Shown piece by piece: positions 19,609 through 29,373 of a DNA stretch of 64,000 bases. Source of the DNA: an uncultured delta proteobacterium. GTDB taxonomy: Bacteria; Desulfobacterota; Binatia; UBA9968. The notes beneath the pieces were generated by a model. That model worked only from the letters and a program-made list of their open reading frames with translations, had not been told where the DNA came from and made no database searches. The position numbers and the translations under genes are program-made. The stretch is from NCBI GenBank assembly GCA_963745035.1, contig CAVUVW010000017.1, positions 1 to 64,000 on the forward strand, read 5' to 3'. Within the stretch, counting starts at the first letter, position 1, and each line of letters starts with the position of its first letter.

Positions 19609-20025
19609 GTGCGAGAGAGAGCGACTAAGCATGGCATCACGTTGGACGTTAAAGTCGACGAGCGGCTTGTGGATTTCGTCGGCGATGAGCGCAAGATCAA
19701 GCAGATCCTGCTCAACCTGCTCTCTAATGCCGTCAAGTTCACTCCTGAGGGTAGACGGGTCGGAATCGATGCCAGACAAACAGACGGCGGGGTGGAGATT
19801 TCGGTCAGCGATACAGGGATCGGCATTGCACCGGAGGAACCGCCGAAGATATTTGAAGAATTTAGGCAGGTGGGAGCGGACTACGCTCACAAAAATGAAG
19901 GGACTGGGCTTGGATTAACATTGGCAAAAAAATTCGTGGAGCTGCATGGCGGGAGGATTTGGCTGGAGAGCGCGATGGGCAAAGGTTCAACGTTTACGTT
20001 CTTCCTACCCCACCAGTCTCACTGA
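19609..20025 (+). pseudogene. HATPase-only fragment of a sensor histidine kinase
   Basis: QILLNLLSNAVKFT, VSDTGIGI, GTGLGL; no HisKA or sensor; abuts the integrase remnant. Confidence 0.8.
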
Positions 20026-20440
20026 CTTTACATCACCGGTGACTGGAGCGCCGCGGTCTGTGTTGCCCGGCTCTGCCCAATACACTTCCTTAAGAGCCAA
20101 AGTTATGGCTGTCCGAATCTTCTGTGACAAAACTTGATAAAACCAGCAAAACTGTTGGCCTTCAGCAGTCAAAAACGCTGGATATTTCTTCCAGGAATAG
20201 GAGGCCCTGGAAAGGTGGGAATAATGGCATGAAGGTGGTCACTGGGTCGGCCAAGCACGATCGAGCGGATAAAATCGATATAAAAGATTCTCGTAGCTCG
20301 CTTCGTTGATCCAGCATCGCAGCAGGATTGAACTGATTTTCCCATCAATCAAATTTTAGACTGACGGACTTGTTTGTCCGCTTTTTGTGCGAGAACTCAT
20401 GCCGGCAGGAGCCAACACAAACCAAGCAATTTGCACATAG

Positions 20441-22156
20441 TCATTGAAATGCTTGCCTTTTGTTGTGCAGTGGAGCCGAGAGTCTTACCCCGGTTTGGAA
20501 TCGCACTCTAGAGGCCGTGGGTTCGACTCCCATCAGCTCCACCATTTGATACAGTGTAAAGAACTCCTCTTTTTGAGGGGTTTTGCTCTTGGAAAGAGGA
20601 GTTCTCACTGTCATCGGCAGCTTGTAAGTCAGCGTCACTTCACTCCCCCGCACCCTCACTTCCTTCAGAATCTCTCTCAGAAATTCTTTCTTATAGCCGA
20701 TCTTTTTCTGTCGAAGCCGTAGCTGTATCTTGGTGATATAGTCGTCCATCAAACGCGTCGGGATTGGCAGAAGTTTCGCTCGGCTCGACGTCTTCTTCTG
20801 TAGATCCGCCTTGCGGCGCAGAAGATCCTCACGCTGACGACGAAGGTCTTTGATCCGGCCAGCGCATTCCTCGAGCGATAGAAGTCCCTTTTCCAGTGTC
20901 TCCTCCCAGCGCCGAATCTTGGCTTCGATGTCGTTGATGGCAAGCGCGACAGCCGTCTCTTCAGCGGTTTGTTCCTGCGGTTTGGACTCTCGCGCTCCGT
21001 CGATCAGGAGGTCGAGGTATTTGCGCACATTCTCTTTGGTAAGGATTTGCTCCTGTATCTGATCCAGGACTGCCTCTTCAAATTTACCCTTGTTGAGGAG
21101 CGGTGCATTGCACTCTTTACGACCTCGTCGAAGGTATGTGCTGCACGAATAGTAGTGGTGCTGGCCCGATTTGGCAGCGGTGCCCAAATAGTGATGACCG
21201 CAGAAGTCACATACAACAAGCCGACTCAACAGGTATTCCGTGCGATGGGCAAAGGGATTTTGAAATTTCTCCTTTTCGGTTTTGAGTCTTTCCTGGACCC
21301 GCTCAAAGAGGCTCTGGTCGATGATCGGCGGATAAAATCCCGGGACAGTGACCGGCTCTCGTTCGCCCCGACCCTGGTACCGGTTGTAGTCTAAAACGCC
21401 GATATAGGCCCGGTTTCGCAGCGTCCGCGATACGAACGTGACCCGGAATGTGCGGCCCTTGTTGGTGCGGTGCCCTTCGCTATTGAGCGTCATGGCGATG
21501 GATTTGTAGCCTTTGCCCCTGTCGTAGAGCTCAAAGATGCGCTGAACCACCGGGGCCGTCTTTTCATCGATTACCGCACGGCTGACAATCCGGGTTCGCT
21601 TATGGCCTTCCTGCCGATCAATGATCTCCTTCCGGTAACCATAGGGCGGACCGAATACCAAGTGACCTTGAAGGGCACGCTGCTTTAGCCCCTTCATGAT
21701 CTCCCGCGACAGATTTCGGGAGTAAAACTCAGCCATACCGACCAGCAGATGCTCCATGAAGAAGTCTTCGGGCGTATTAGAGCCGACCATCGGTTCGGTG
21801 ACCGAGACCAGTCTGACATGCTCGCGCTTGAGAATTGCCCGGGCGGTAGAGGATTCAACGGTATCGCGAAACAGGCGGTCGAGTTTATGGACGATGACGA
21901 TCTGAAAGCCGCGCCCCTTATTCACCGCGTCGCCCAGTAATTCTTTCAGAACCTCGCGCTTTTCAAGATTTCGGAAGGCTGATTGACCTTCCTCGACATA
22001 TTCTTTGGCAACGGTGTATCCATGCTTCTCCGCCCATTCTCTGCAGGCCCGGAGCTGTGCCTGGATCGAATACCCCTGGACCTGCTCTTCGGATGAGACC
22101 CGCGCATAAATGGCGGCGGCATTTGGCTGCTGTTGCTTAGCGGTGTTCATGTTCAT
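20441..22156 (-). CDS. Large serine recombinase (resolvase-recombinase-Zn ribbon) reading through its att site
   Basis: IYARVSSEEQ, KLDRLFR, PYGY, CDFCG...YYSC; C-terminal MVELMGVEPTAS is the antisense of tRNA-Ala. Confidence 0.95.
   Translation of the reverse strand: MNMNTAKQQQPNAAAIYARVSSEEQVQGYSIQAQLRACREWAEKHGYTVAKEYVEEGQSAFRNLEKREVLKELLGDAVNKGRGFQIVIVHKLDRLFRDTVESSTARAILKREHVRLVSVTEPMVGSNTPEDFFMEHLLVGMAEFYSRNLSREIMKGLKQRALQGHLVFGPPYGYRKEIIDRQEGHKRTRIVSRAVIDEKTAPVVQRIFELYDRGKGYKSIAMTLNSEGHRTNKGRTFRVTFVSRTLRNRAYIGVLDYNRYQGRGEREPVTVPGFYPPIIDQSLFERVQERLKTEKEKFQNPFAHRTEYLLSRLVVCDFCGHHYLGTAAKSGQHHYYSCSTYLRRGRKECNAPLLNKGKFEEAVLDQIQEQILTKENVRKYLDLLIDGARESKPQEQTAEETAVALAINDIEAKIRRWEETLEKGLLSLEECAGRIKDLRRQREDLLRRKADLQKKTSSRAKLLPIPTRLMDDYITKIQLRLRQKKIGYKKEFLREILKEVRVRGSEVTLTYKLPMTVRTPLSKSKTPQKEEFFTLYQMVELMGVEPTASRVRFQTGVRLSAPLHNKRQAFQ
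20498..20544 (+). tRNA. 3' fragment of tRNA-Ala(CGC); att core
   Basis: GAATCGCACTCTAGAGGCCGTGGGTTCGACTCCCATCAGCTCCACCA; no canonical D arm upstream. Confidence 0.85.
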
Positions 22157-24318
22157 GCTGCCTTTGGGGGTGTCGTTATCGCGGTTCTGGTATTGGTCCG
22201 CTTGCGCTGGAGCTTGTTGAGATCGGCCCAGCGCTTTCTTATATCACGAGCCGTCCACGGCTGTTTGTCTCTGCGCCGAATTCCTTTCGCATTGAACTCA
22301 ACGGCCATCTCTCTGTAATTGAGACCTCGAGAACGGGCTTCTGCTATTGCTTGGCGGTGAAGCTCTTCAAGGCGGAGTGGCTTTTCCCCCTGTGCCCTTA
22401 ATAGATTATGAACCATTTCGTAGGTCCACGGTTTTCCTGAATCGCTTTTAAAATCTTGTGCATTGAACTGCTCGGCAATCGCCTCCAGCGATTGACCATC
22501 GCGGTTCATCGTGAGTGCTTTCTGCCGCAGCCCGATGTAGGTTGCTGAAAAGCGGATGGGCCTGAGCCCGAGCTTGCGCAAGATCATGTAGAGCCTCCCG
22601 ATCGTGATATTCACAACCTGGCCGTTCGACGTTTTACCAGCTGCTAGATGCTCCTGAATCTCAAAAACCGTGAGTCCCTGTTGATGGAGTTCACGAACGA
22701 GATTGTAACGACCCTTATCACGCCAAAGAAGGATCGAGGTGGTCTGGCCTGATTTCCAGTAGATGGTCGCGGCGATCCTCTCCTTGGTCGCACTGACAAC
22801 GACACGATCGATTAAACAGCGCAAGATCTCCTTCCGCTCCTGGTGGGTGACTAGGGGATGATGCCAGATGGCAGGAACGTCGGCGGCAAGACCGCAGAGC
22901 TCTTCCAACTCGCTTGCTGCCTTATCGAAATCCGGGGCGAGCTTTTCGCGCGCGATCTTGTCTTCGAAATCCGCTTTTTCTTCAAGCACCTTCTCGAGTT
23001 TTTGCAGGGCATCGAGATGCACACGCTGAAGACTGCCACGTGTTAAATCCGCCCGTTCCCGGGCACGTCGTTCTTCATGACCGAGTCGTTCTCGTTCAGA
23101 CTGAATCCAGTTTTGGTGGGATATCTGTTTAGCTCTGGACTCCTCCAACGCGGCCTTCAGCATCTCAAGAGGCGGTGTCTTGAGCACTTTGAAAACCTCG
23201 ATCAGGACGTAGCTGTCGAACTCATAGCTGACGAACCGAGTGCACGGGTTGCTCTTCCAACCGCAGCCGTAGCTGTAGCTCTTCCCGCGGTGATAATTGA
23301 CGCTGAGGAACTTTTCACATTTAGGGCACCGGAGTAAGCCTTGCGTGAGGGCCGGGCCGCGGCCCGGCCGGCCGCGTCGAACAAAATGATTGTCTTTTAA
23401 GATTCGCTTGATCTCCTCCTGCTCGTCCGCTGTCATGTAAGCTGGGTGATGATTGGGGAATCTCAGCCAGCGGTGCTCGGGAACTTTGACCCTCGCCGAC
23501 TGACCGGATGCTTGAACCGGACCGGCGAGGGACGCAGTTTTTCCGTAGATGTAAGTTCCGGCGTAGGCCGGATGGATCAGAATCCGTCTCACGTTATCGA
23601 GAGTAGGCTCGACGAATTTCAGGTATGTGCCTTGCCTGGACGGAATCTTGATGCCAGCATGGCCCATGGCCTTTACCACTTTCCGGATGGAGCGTTCCCG
23701 CCAGAAGCACGCGATGATCTCATAGATCGAGTCTTTCACGGCGGGGTCATAGTCGAATTTGCCGTCGGGCCCTTTGATCCAGCCGACTGGGAGCGTAGAT
23801 ACCACAGCGCCCTGACGGGCTTTGGCCATTCTGGCGTTACTCATGTGCTGCGCACGTTTTTTGTTTTCGTACTGTGCGATGCTCGCAGTGATCTGCGTGA
23901 GCACCGTGTCGTTGGGATCGCCGGGATCGCTAAAATGACTATCCAAACACAAAAGGGTTCCGTGATAGGAGGCGAGCACGCGCAGCTCCTCGATCGGCCC
24001 CATCTGTCGACCGAGCCGAGAAACATTGGCGGCAAACACGGCTCCAACGGCATTCGAGGCAATCCCCTCCATCAATCGTTGCCATCCGGTCCTCCGATCG
24101 AGGGTCGAGCCGCTCTTTCCGAGATCGTCGTCGATGACATCAATGCGATCAGCCGGCCACCCATAGTCCCGAGCCAGATCGATCTGCGATCGTTGAAAGG
24201 CTTGGCTTCCGGTGTTCTTTTCGACTTGTTCCAGGCTACTCTGCCGCACATAAACGATCGCCTTTCGGCTCAAGTGTTCCGGCGTGATCAGGGAGTGTGT
24301 CAGGGTGGGGTTTGACAT
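22153..24318 (-). CDS. Second large serine recombinase with extended C-terminus
   Basis: AIVYVRQSS, NVSRLGR, LPVGW, HPAYAGTY, LRCPKC Zn ribbon; stop overlaps the downstream recombinase start (ATGA). Confidence 0.93.
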   Translation of the reverse strand: MSNPTLTHSLITPEHLSRKAIVYVRQSSLEQVEKNTGSQAFQRSQIDLARDYGWPADRIDVIDDDLGKSGSTLDRRTGWQRLMEGIASNAVGAVFAANVSRLGRQMGPIEELRVLASYHGTLLCLDSHFSDPGDPNDTVLTQITASIAQYENKKRAQHMSNARMAKARQGAVVSTLPVGWIKGPDGKFDYDPAVKDSIYEIIACFWRERSIRKVVKAMGHAGIKIPSRQGTYLKFVEPTLDNVRRILIHPAYAGTYIYGKTASLAGPVQASGQSARVKVPEHRWLRFPNHHPAYMTADEQEEIKRILKDNHFVRRGRPGRGPALTQGLLRCPKCEKFLSVNYHRGKSYSYGCGWKSNPCTRFVSYEFDSYVLIEVFKVLKTPPLEMLKAALEESRAKQISHQNWIQSERERLGHEERRARERADLTRGSLQRVHLDALQKLEKVLEEKADFEDKIAREKLAPDFDKAASELEELCGLAADVPAIWHHPLVTHQERKEILRCLIDRVVVSATKERIAATIYWKSGQTTSILLWRDKGRYNLVRELHQQGLTVFEIQEHLAAGKTSNGQVVNITIGRLYMILRKLGLRPIRFSATYIGLRQKALTMNRDGQSLEAIAEQFNAQDFKSDSGKPWTYEMVHNLLRAQGEKPLRLEELHRQAIAEARSRGLNYREMAVEFNAKGIRRRDKQPWTARDIRKRWADLNKLQRKRTNTRTAITTPPKAA

Positions 24319-24658
24319 TACTTCTTTCCTTTGGAGTGGGCCCAGATCCTAACGGTCAGGCGGGCCAAGATCCACTGCGCATCGTTCAAAGTCATTGATT
24401 TTGCTGAATTAACCTGCCGTTCGGCTCTGAGTGCCGATGCGCGTTTTGATGTTCGGACAATCCGGCCGATGGCTCCTGAGCGCCTCGATATCGAGGATCG
24501 GTGACCTGCTCTTTTTCATCTTCATGAGTATCTGATAGCACATTTTGAGCAGGTGCCTTCCGGATGCTAACAGATAATAAGTCTTCACAGTTTTTCGCCC
24601 CTCTCTTCATTTCCTCCTCCTCCCGCCGCGCGGGCGCTCGTGCATAATCTTCGCCGTG

Positions 24659-25042
24659 TCATTGCGCGAGTTGTTGCTGCGCTTCAGCTAAGGCTTCCCG
24701 AATCTCATCTTCAAAGTACTTCCATACGAGGTCGTTGATACCGACGGCTACCTGAGCCTGACTGTCTGCGCTCTTCCCTTTCGCATGGCAGCCCTGGATC
24801 TGCGGTTCGATTGACGGCGCTGATATCTGCTCGGTGCTCTTGATCACGTCCAATGACTCAAGCCGGGGAAGCTCCCCGGGTGGCGACGAATTTCCTTGCG
24901 TCTCGTTGCGATTGAATTTAGTCTTGTTGCCATAACGCGGAACTTTGAATCCGGCTGTTCTGGTAGTTCGGTAAAGAATTGACCGAACCCCCTGGGATCG
25001 TCGGGTCAGAGGTGAATTGAAATCCGGTCCTCTTTCATTCAC
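24659..25042 (-). CDS. Hypothetical protein
   Basis: 127-aa ORF upstream of and co-oriented with the recombinases; no recognisable motif. Confidence 0.35.
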   Translation of the reverse strand: MNERGPDFNSPLTRRSQGVRSILYRTTRTAGFKVPRYGNKTKFNRNETQGNSSPPGELPRLESLDVIKSTEQISAPSIEPQIQGCHAKGKSADSQAQVAVGINDLVWKYFEDEIREALAEAQQQLAQ

Positions 25043-25599
25043 GTCCTGTGCTCCACCGCAAAAATCGCGACTGACAAGATTTTAGCAAACGGGCTCTTTG
25101 GGCCCGGAAAATCGAACAAATCAATGACTTACACGGGTGGATGTGAGGTTTGTGGAAAAAGGCGATGCGAGTGTCCGCCGCGACGGACCGTGCTCGAGGA
25201 TGTTCGCGCCTATGCGTTCGGCGATAAGTTTAAGCGGCGAGACGTGCAGCTTGCGGCGTCCTGCAATTTACGTTTTTCCGTGACTTCGCCCAGTCCTGCT
25301 TTGCTCAACGCGCTGAATGGGGAGTTAACGGTCCGGCAATTGGTGTGTGTGATGCGTACGACGAGCCATTTTCACGCCCACGTGCTACACGAGGGGAAGG
25401 GCGTGTTTTATGAAACGCACACTCTTTCGCTAGCTGCCGGTTTAGAGGCTCATCGAAACCACGTCCAGCAAGTACATGCGCACAAGTCGTCCAACGCGAA
25501 CCTTCGTCTAACGACGTATTGCATGAGCGGCTCTAGTGCTGCGGTAGTCGACGTCTACGGTGTGGCGCAATCTTTTCAGAACGCGTCAGACACTACCAC

Positions 25600-25690
25600 G
25601 TGCGACCGATTCGCAGATCGACAAACGATGCTCGGGCATGCAAGCATTCAGACAATTGAACCTTACGTCAGGTCGCGATCTGGAAGGTGA
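25600..25690 (+). pseudogene. Decayed tyrosine recombinase C-terminal box
   Basis: QTMLGHASIQTIEPY resembles Q.LLGH.SI.TT..Y. Confidence 0.55.
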
Positions 25691-25812
25691 AAAGCACGCG
25701 CAGCAACTCACAATCCGAGAGTTTGACTGGTTTTGAAGGCCAGCCGAAAAACATTTTATTGGCGCAGACGAGAGAGATATGAGCAAGCGAACCAACATGA
25801 TAAGGTTTTTCA

Positions 25813-26103
25813 ATGAAAGTTCGGCATCATCCGCTATTGAGCAAGGCCAAGGGGAAAATTTGGCCGCCAGCCTGGAAGGAAAGGTATGGCGAGAAAACTC
25901 TGACCGGCGAGATTGGGGTTCTAACACATGTTGCCGACGACCCAAAGTCAGCCCGTGCTCTCGATATTTACATTACAAACGACGATCTTCCGTATCGCGG
26001 CAGGTTGATTTTTGACAACTCCCGTTTCTGCCATCGTTTCTCTGTATTCTTGAAATCCCACATTGGACGGTCAATCGAAGAAATTGGCGACCTGGAGCTT
26101 TAG
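25813..26103 (+). CDS. Small hypothetical protein (WPPxW...GEIGxL...EIGDLEL family)
   Basis: Intact 96-aa ORF with a decayed paralogue at 26513-26784. Confidence 0.7.
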   Translation: MKVRHHPLLSKAKGKIWPPAWKERYGEKTLTGEIGVLTHVADDPKSARALDIYITNDDLPYRGRLIFDNSRFCHRFSVFLKSHIGRSIEEIGDLEL

Positions 26104-26512
26104 TGCCTAACCATGGTCGGTTTCTGCATCACCGCGACCGCCGCACATCGTAGCCAGGGAATGCAGGTTGACGCGGATCGAAACCCCACACGGTTTGAAC
26201 GGCTCCCCCGGTGGCGGTACGCCGGGGTCGATGCGATCGATACAGAGAGAAAACGCATTGGCCACGTAGTGCCAGACCGTGCGCTTGTCCCGCCGGTCCT
26301 GCTCGTAGCTCCATCGTCCGCTTAGGGGCTTCCACCAGCAAGCGCGCATCGCGGCGATTGATCTGAAGCGCGGGCTGCTGGACGTTTTTGGGGAAGCGTA
26401 GCCGGCCTCCGACCCCGGATGACAATCGGCGGTCACCGGCGACAGGCTGTTTAAAGAAAACCGACGCGGAGAGAGGACTTCGTCCTAACAGGGTTGCCAT
26501 GAACGTAAGTTG

Positions 26513-26784
26513 CTATAGTTCCAAATCGCCTATTTCTTTGATTGGCTTTTTAAATGAAGTTGCAACAAATCGGTGATTTTTTGCAATCTCTGGATTCTCG
26601 AAAACCAGTGAACCGACGTAGGTTTGTCCATCGTGGTCGATAACAAGATAGCAACGCGTGTAGAGCGCTGGCTGGCAATGTACAAGCGCAAGGGTTCCTA
26701 TTTCGCCGACGACCCGGGAGCGGTTTTACCTTTGGCCATCGTCCAGACTGGTGGCTAATTCTTTAGACCGTCCCGCAGTTTCAT
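26513..26784 (-). pseudogene. Disrupted paralogue of 25813-26103
   Basis: MKLRDGLKN*PPVW.../VGEIGTL...YVGSLVFEN...PIKEIGDLEL*; contains an internal stop and a frameshift. Confidence 0.7.
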
Positions 26785-26945
26785 GCAGACCGACTCACGA
26801 GAAAGTGTCAAGCAGAACGCTCTGTCGGCCGGCTGGAGCGCGCGCATTCGATTCAGCAGCGCTGCGCGCCGTGGCCGGCACACTTCCGCGCCGCCCTTTC
26901 TTTTATCTGCGACACACGGGCTCGGCTCCCGCCGTCGAACTTTGC

Positions 26946-26961
26946 TGGCATCGCGCTTGCT
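26946..26961 (+). promoter_or_regulatory. sigma54 (-24/-12) promoter
   Basis: TGGCAT-CGCGC-TTGCT about 50 bp upstream of the RBS-preceded start at 27012. Confidence 0.65.
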
Positions 26962-27011
26962 CCTCTCAATCGTCATCCTCCCATCGTTCCGTACCATGAA
27001 AGGAGATTCCC

Positions 27012-27182
27012 GTGAGCTTGGACCTGATGAAAGAAAAAGGCGTCGCGCTGGACCAACAGAAGTTCGACTGGCGCGACATCGTGCGCGCGCCGACGAGCAA
27101 GTTGAACGATGACGCATTCACCCGAGTGCGCATCATTTTGATGAACGGCATCGAATCGGAGGCGCTGCGATTCCAGCACGCT
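27012..27182 (+). pseudogene. N-terminal fragment of a conserved ferritin/hemerythrin-like hypothetical protein
   Basis: RBS AAGGAG; EKGVALDQQ...DDAFTRVRIILMNGIESEALRFQH; truncated by collision with the DUF4142 gene. Confidence 0.55.
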
Positions 27183-27639
27183 CCGGGTCTTTGCCTTTGT
27201 CCGCCTGCCGCTGAAATTTTTCCAGATCTTCTTTGTGGTCGTCCACCATTGCCTCCATGTACTCGCGATCGAATTCCTCGCCCTTCAGCTTGGACAGCTT
27301 GTTGACCATCGACTTGTGTTTGGCCTCGAGTTCGGTGGGCAGCTTGATGTCCTTTTTTGCCGCTATCTTCTTGAGCTCATCGTTGGCCTTGGAGTGGTCC
27401 TTGCGCATCCGGCTGCCGAACTCTTTCACCTGAGAGCTGGTCGCTTTTTCCGCCGCCCATTTTCCGAGCTGTACTTCCATCATGCCGCCGCTCGCCGCCG
27501 CTTTGACGAACTCGGCGTCATCGCCGCTTATCTTCGTCTCTTTCCCGGACGTTCCGGTCTCGGCTCCCGAAACGACTCCCGCGGTCACCAGCAGGATAAT
27601 ACCGAAAGTCGAAACCATCCGAGCCATTTCTCTGGTCAT
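27133..27639 (-). CDS. DUF4142 domain protein, C-terminally truncated
   Basis: FVKAAASGGMMEVQLG, VKEFGSRMRKDHSKAN, FDREYMEAMVDDH; last helix replaced after ~27182. Confidence 0.85.
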   Translation of the reverse strand: MTREMARMVSTFGIILLVTAGVVSGAETGTSGKETKISGDDAEFVKAAASGGMMEVQLGKWAAEKATSSQVKEFGSRMRKDHSKANDELKKIAAKKDIKLPTELEAKHKSMVNKLSKLKGEEFDREYMEAMVDDHKEDLEKFQRQADKGKDPERAGIAAPPIRCRSSK

Positions 27640-27849
27640 GTATCCTTCGTTATTAGCGCGTGTCGAAATTACGCTGATTCATGCGCGACGCTTAGAGCAA
27701 TGGACATGGCACGCGCCTGTGGCCTTCTCCCCGGGGTAACTCCTCGCCTTCGTTTGCACTGGCACATGTGCTGGAGGGCTTTTCTCTGTTTTGAGACAGA
27801 TAAAGCGCAGTGCGTGCCGGATGTCTCGCGCGATAGCGAGCGGCGGTCA

Positions 27850-27865
27850 TGGCATTTCGATTGCT
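27850..27865 (+). promoter_or_regulatory. sigma54 (-24/-12) promoter
   Basis: TGGCAT-TTCGA-TTGCT upstream of RBS AAGGAG and ATG 27902. Confidence 0.7.
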
Positions 27866-27901
27866 TTCAGTGGCAGTACATTCACACGCAAAGGAGATTT
27901 T

Positions 27902-28615
27902 ATGGAAACCCAACCTTACAGCGTCAACGACCATCGAACTGAAGATCAATTCACCAAGAGCGTTGAAGAATACACCGCGGCGATTCCGTCCTCGGCCTAC
28001 TTGGCCATTGCCGTCGGGGCGATGGCAGCTTCTTTCGCCCTCCAAGTGGCCGGCAGAGGAAAGTGGGGAAACTTCATTGCGCAGTGGGCTCCAACATGGC
28101 TGATCGTCGGGCTCTATAACAAGCTCGTGAAGTTGGAAGGTCACGATTTTAAAGATCGAACGGGAAGTTCACTCAGAGGCACGGACAACGGTCGGCTGCC
28201 GTTGAAAGATTTCATCAACTACCGCGTCGAAACCATCCAGCCGACGGACTCTCTGCAGCAGGCCGCCGAGAAGATGCGTGCTCTCGATGTCGGATCATTG
28301 CCGGTTTGCAATGGCCAGCATTTGATAGGCGTCATCACCGACCGAGATATCACGATCCGCGCCACCGCCAACGGACAAGATCCAAGCCAAACGAAGGTCG
28401 AGGAAGTAATGACTCCGGATGCGGTTTACTGCTTCGAGAGCGACGATGTGCAGCGGGCAGCGAAAAAGATGCAAGAGCATCAGATCCGGCGAATTTTCAT
28501 CGTTGATACAAATCAAGACTTGGTCGGTGTAACTTCGCTCGGCGAGATTGCGACCGTCACTGGAGACCGGGGTTTAGCGGGCGAGACTCTGAGGCGCGTA
28601 TCTGAAGAATCCTAG
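27902..28615 (+). CDS. CBS-pair protein fused to a small N-terminal membrane stress-protein domain
   Basis: FIAQWAPTWLIVGLYNKLVKLEG followed by DVGSLPV..GVITDRDITIR..HQIRR. Confidence 0.85.
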   Translation: METQPYSVNDHRTEDQFTKSVEEYTAAIPSSAYLAIAVGAMAASFALQVAGRGKWGNFIAQWAPTWLIVGLYNKLVKLEGHDFKDRTGSSLRGTDNGRLPLKDFINYRVETIQPTDSLQQAAEKMRALDVGSLPVCNGQHLIGVITDRDITIRATANGQDPSQTKVEEVMTPDAVYCFESDDVQRAAKKMQEHQIRRIFIVDTNQDLVGVTSLGEIATVTGDRGLAGETLRRVSEES

Positions 28616-28683
28616 TAAAACAGATCGGGAGAAAACGATCATGGATGTATTAGAACTATTTAAGGCATGACGCCTTTTCTTTC

Positions 28684-29364
28684 GTGATGATGAGGATGAC
28701 CAAGGCTACACTTCATAACAACGGTCTTTCGATCGCTCTCTTCGGCCTTTTTCTGATTACGGAAACCGGTCTCAGTATTGCGGGATACCGACACTACAAT
28801 GCAAATCAGCTGCAGCACAATCAACCAGTCATAAGCTACGTTCAATATCTTGGGTCGTCAGCTTTCTTCGAAGCCACGATGGAGAATTGGGAAAGTGAAT
28901 TTTTACAGATGGCGGCATACGTAATTCTGACTTCGTTCTTGTACCAGAAGGGATCTGCGGAATCGAAAAAGCTTCACTCATCGGAAGCCGTAGATAGAGA
29001 TCCACGGCTTTCGGAGTCAAATTCTCAATCGCCATGGCCGGTTCGCCGGGGCGGAATAGCACTAAAGCTCTACGAGCATTCTTTATCATTGGCTCTGGTC
29101 CTTCTTTTTATCGCTTCTTTTGTCTGGCACGCCTACTCGGGAGCTCAAGAGTATAGCAGCGAGCAGATTGTACACGGTCAACCGGGCGTGACCATGATCG
29201 AGTACCTTGGTACGGACCAATTCTGGTTTGAATCTCTCCAAAATTGGCAAAGCGAATTCCTTTCGATTGGTCTAATGGTCGTGCTTAGCATTTTTCTCAG
29301 GCAGCGAGGCTCTCCTGAATCAAAGCCTGTCGACGCCCCACATTCTCAAACTGGGCACGAGTGA
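28684..29364 (+). CDS. DUF6766-like membrane protein
   Basis: Duplicated ENWESEFLQ/QNWQSEFLS and QKGSAESK/QRGSPESK motifs. Confidence 0.8.
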   Translation: MMMRMTKATLHNNGLSIALFGLFLITETGLSIAGYRHYNANQLQHNQPVISYVQYLGSSAFFEATMENWESEFLQMAAYVILTSFLYQKGSAESKKLHSSEAVDRDPRLSESNSQSPWPVRRGGIALKLYEHSLSLALVLLFIASFVWHAYSGAQEYSSEQIVHGQPGVTMIEYLGTDQFWFESLQNWQSEFLSIGLMVVLSIFLRQRGSPESKPVDAPHSQTGHE

Positions 29365-29373
29365 TCACCTATC

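Noticed and set aside
20498-20544. tmRNA 3' end or a complete tRNA-Ala from 20472
   Set aside because: The ATCGCAC anticodon loop identifies tRNA-Ala(CGC), not tmRNA. The upstream part lacks U8/A14/GG D-arm features and fits an att inverted arm better.
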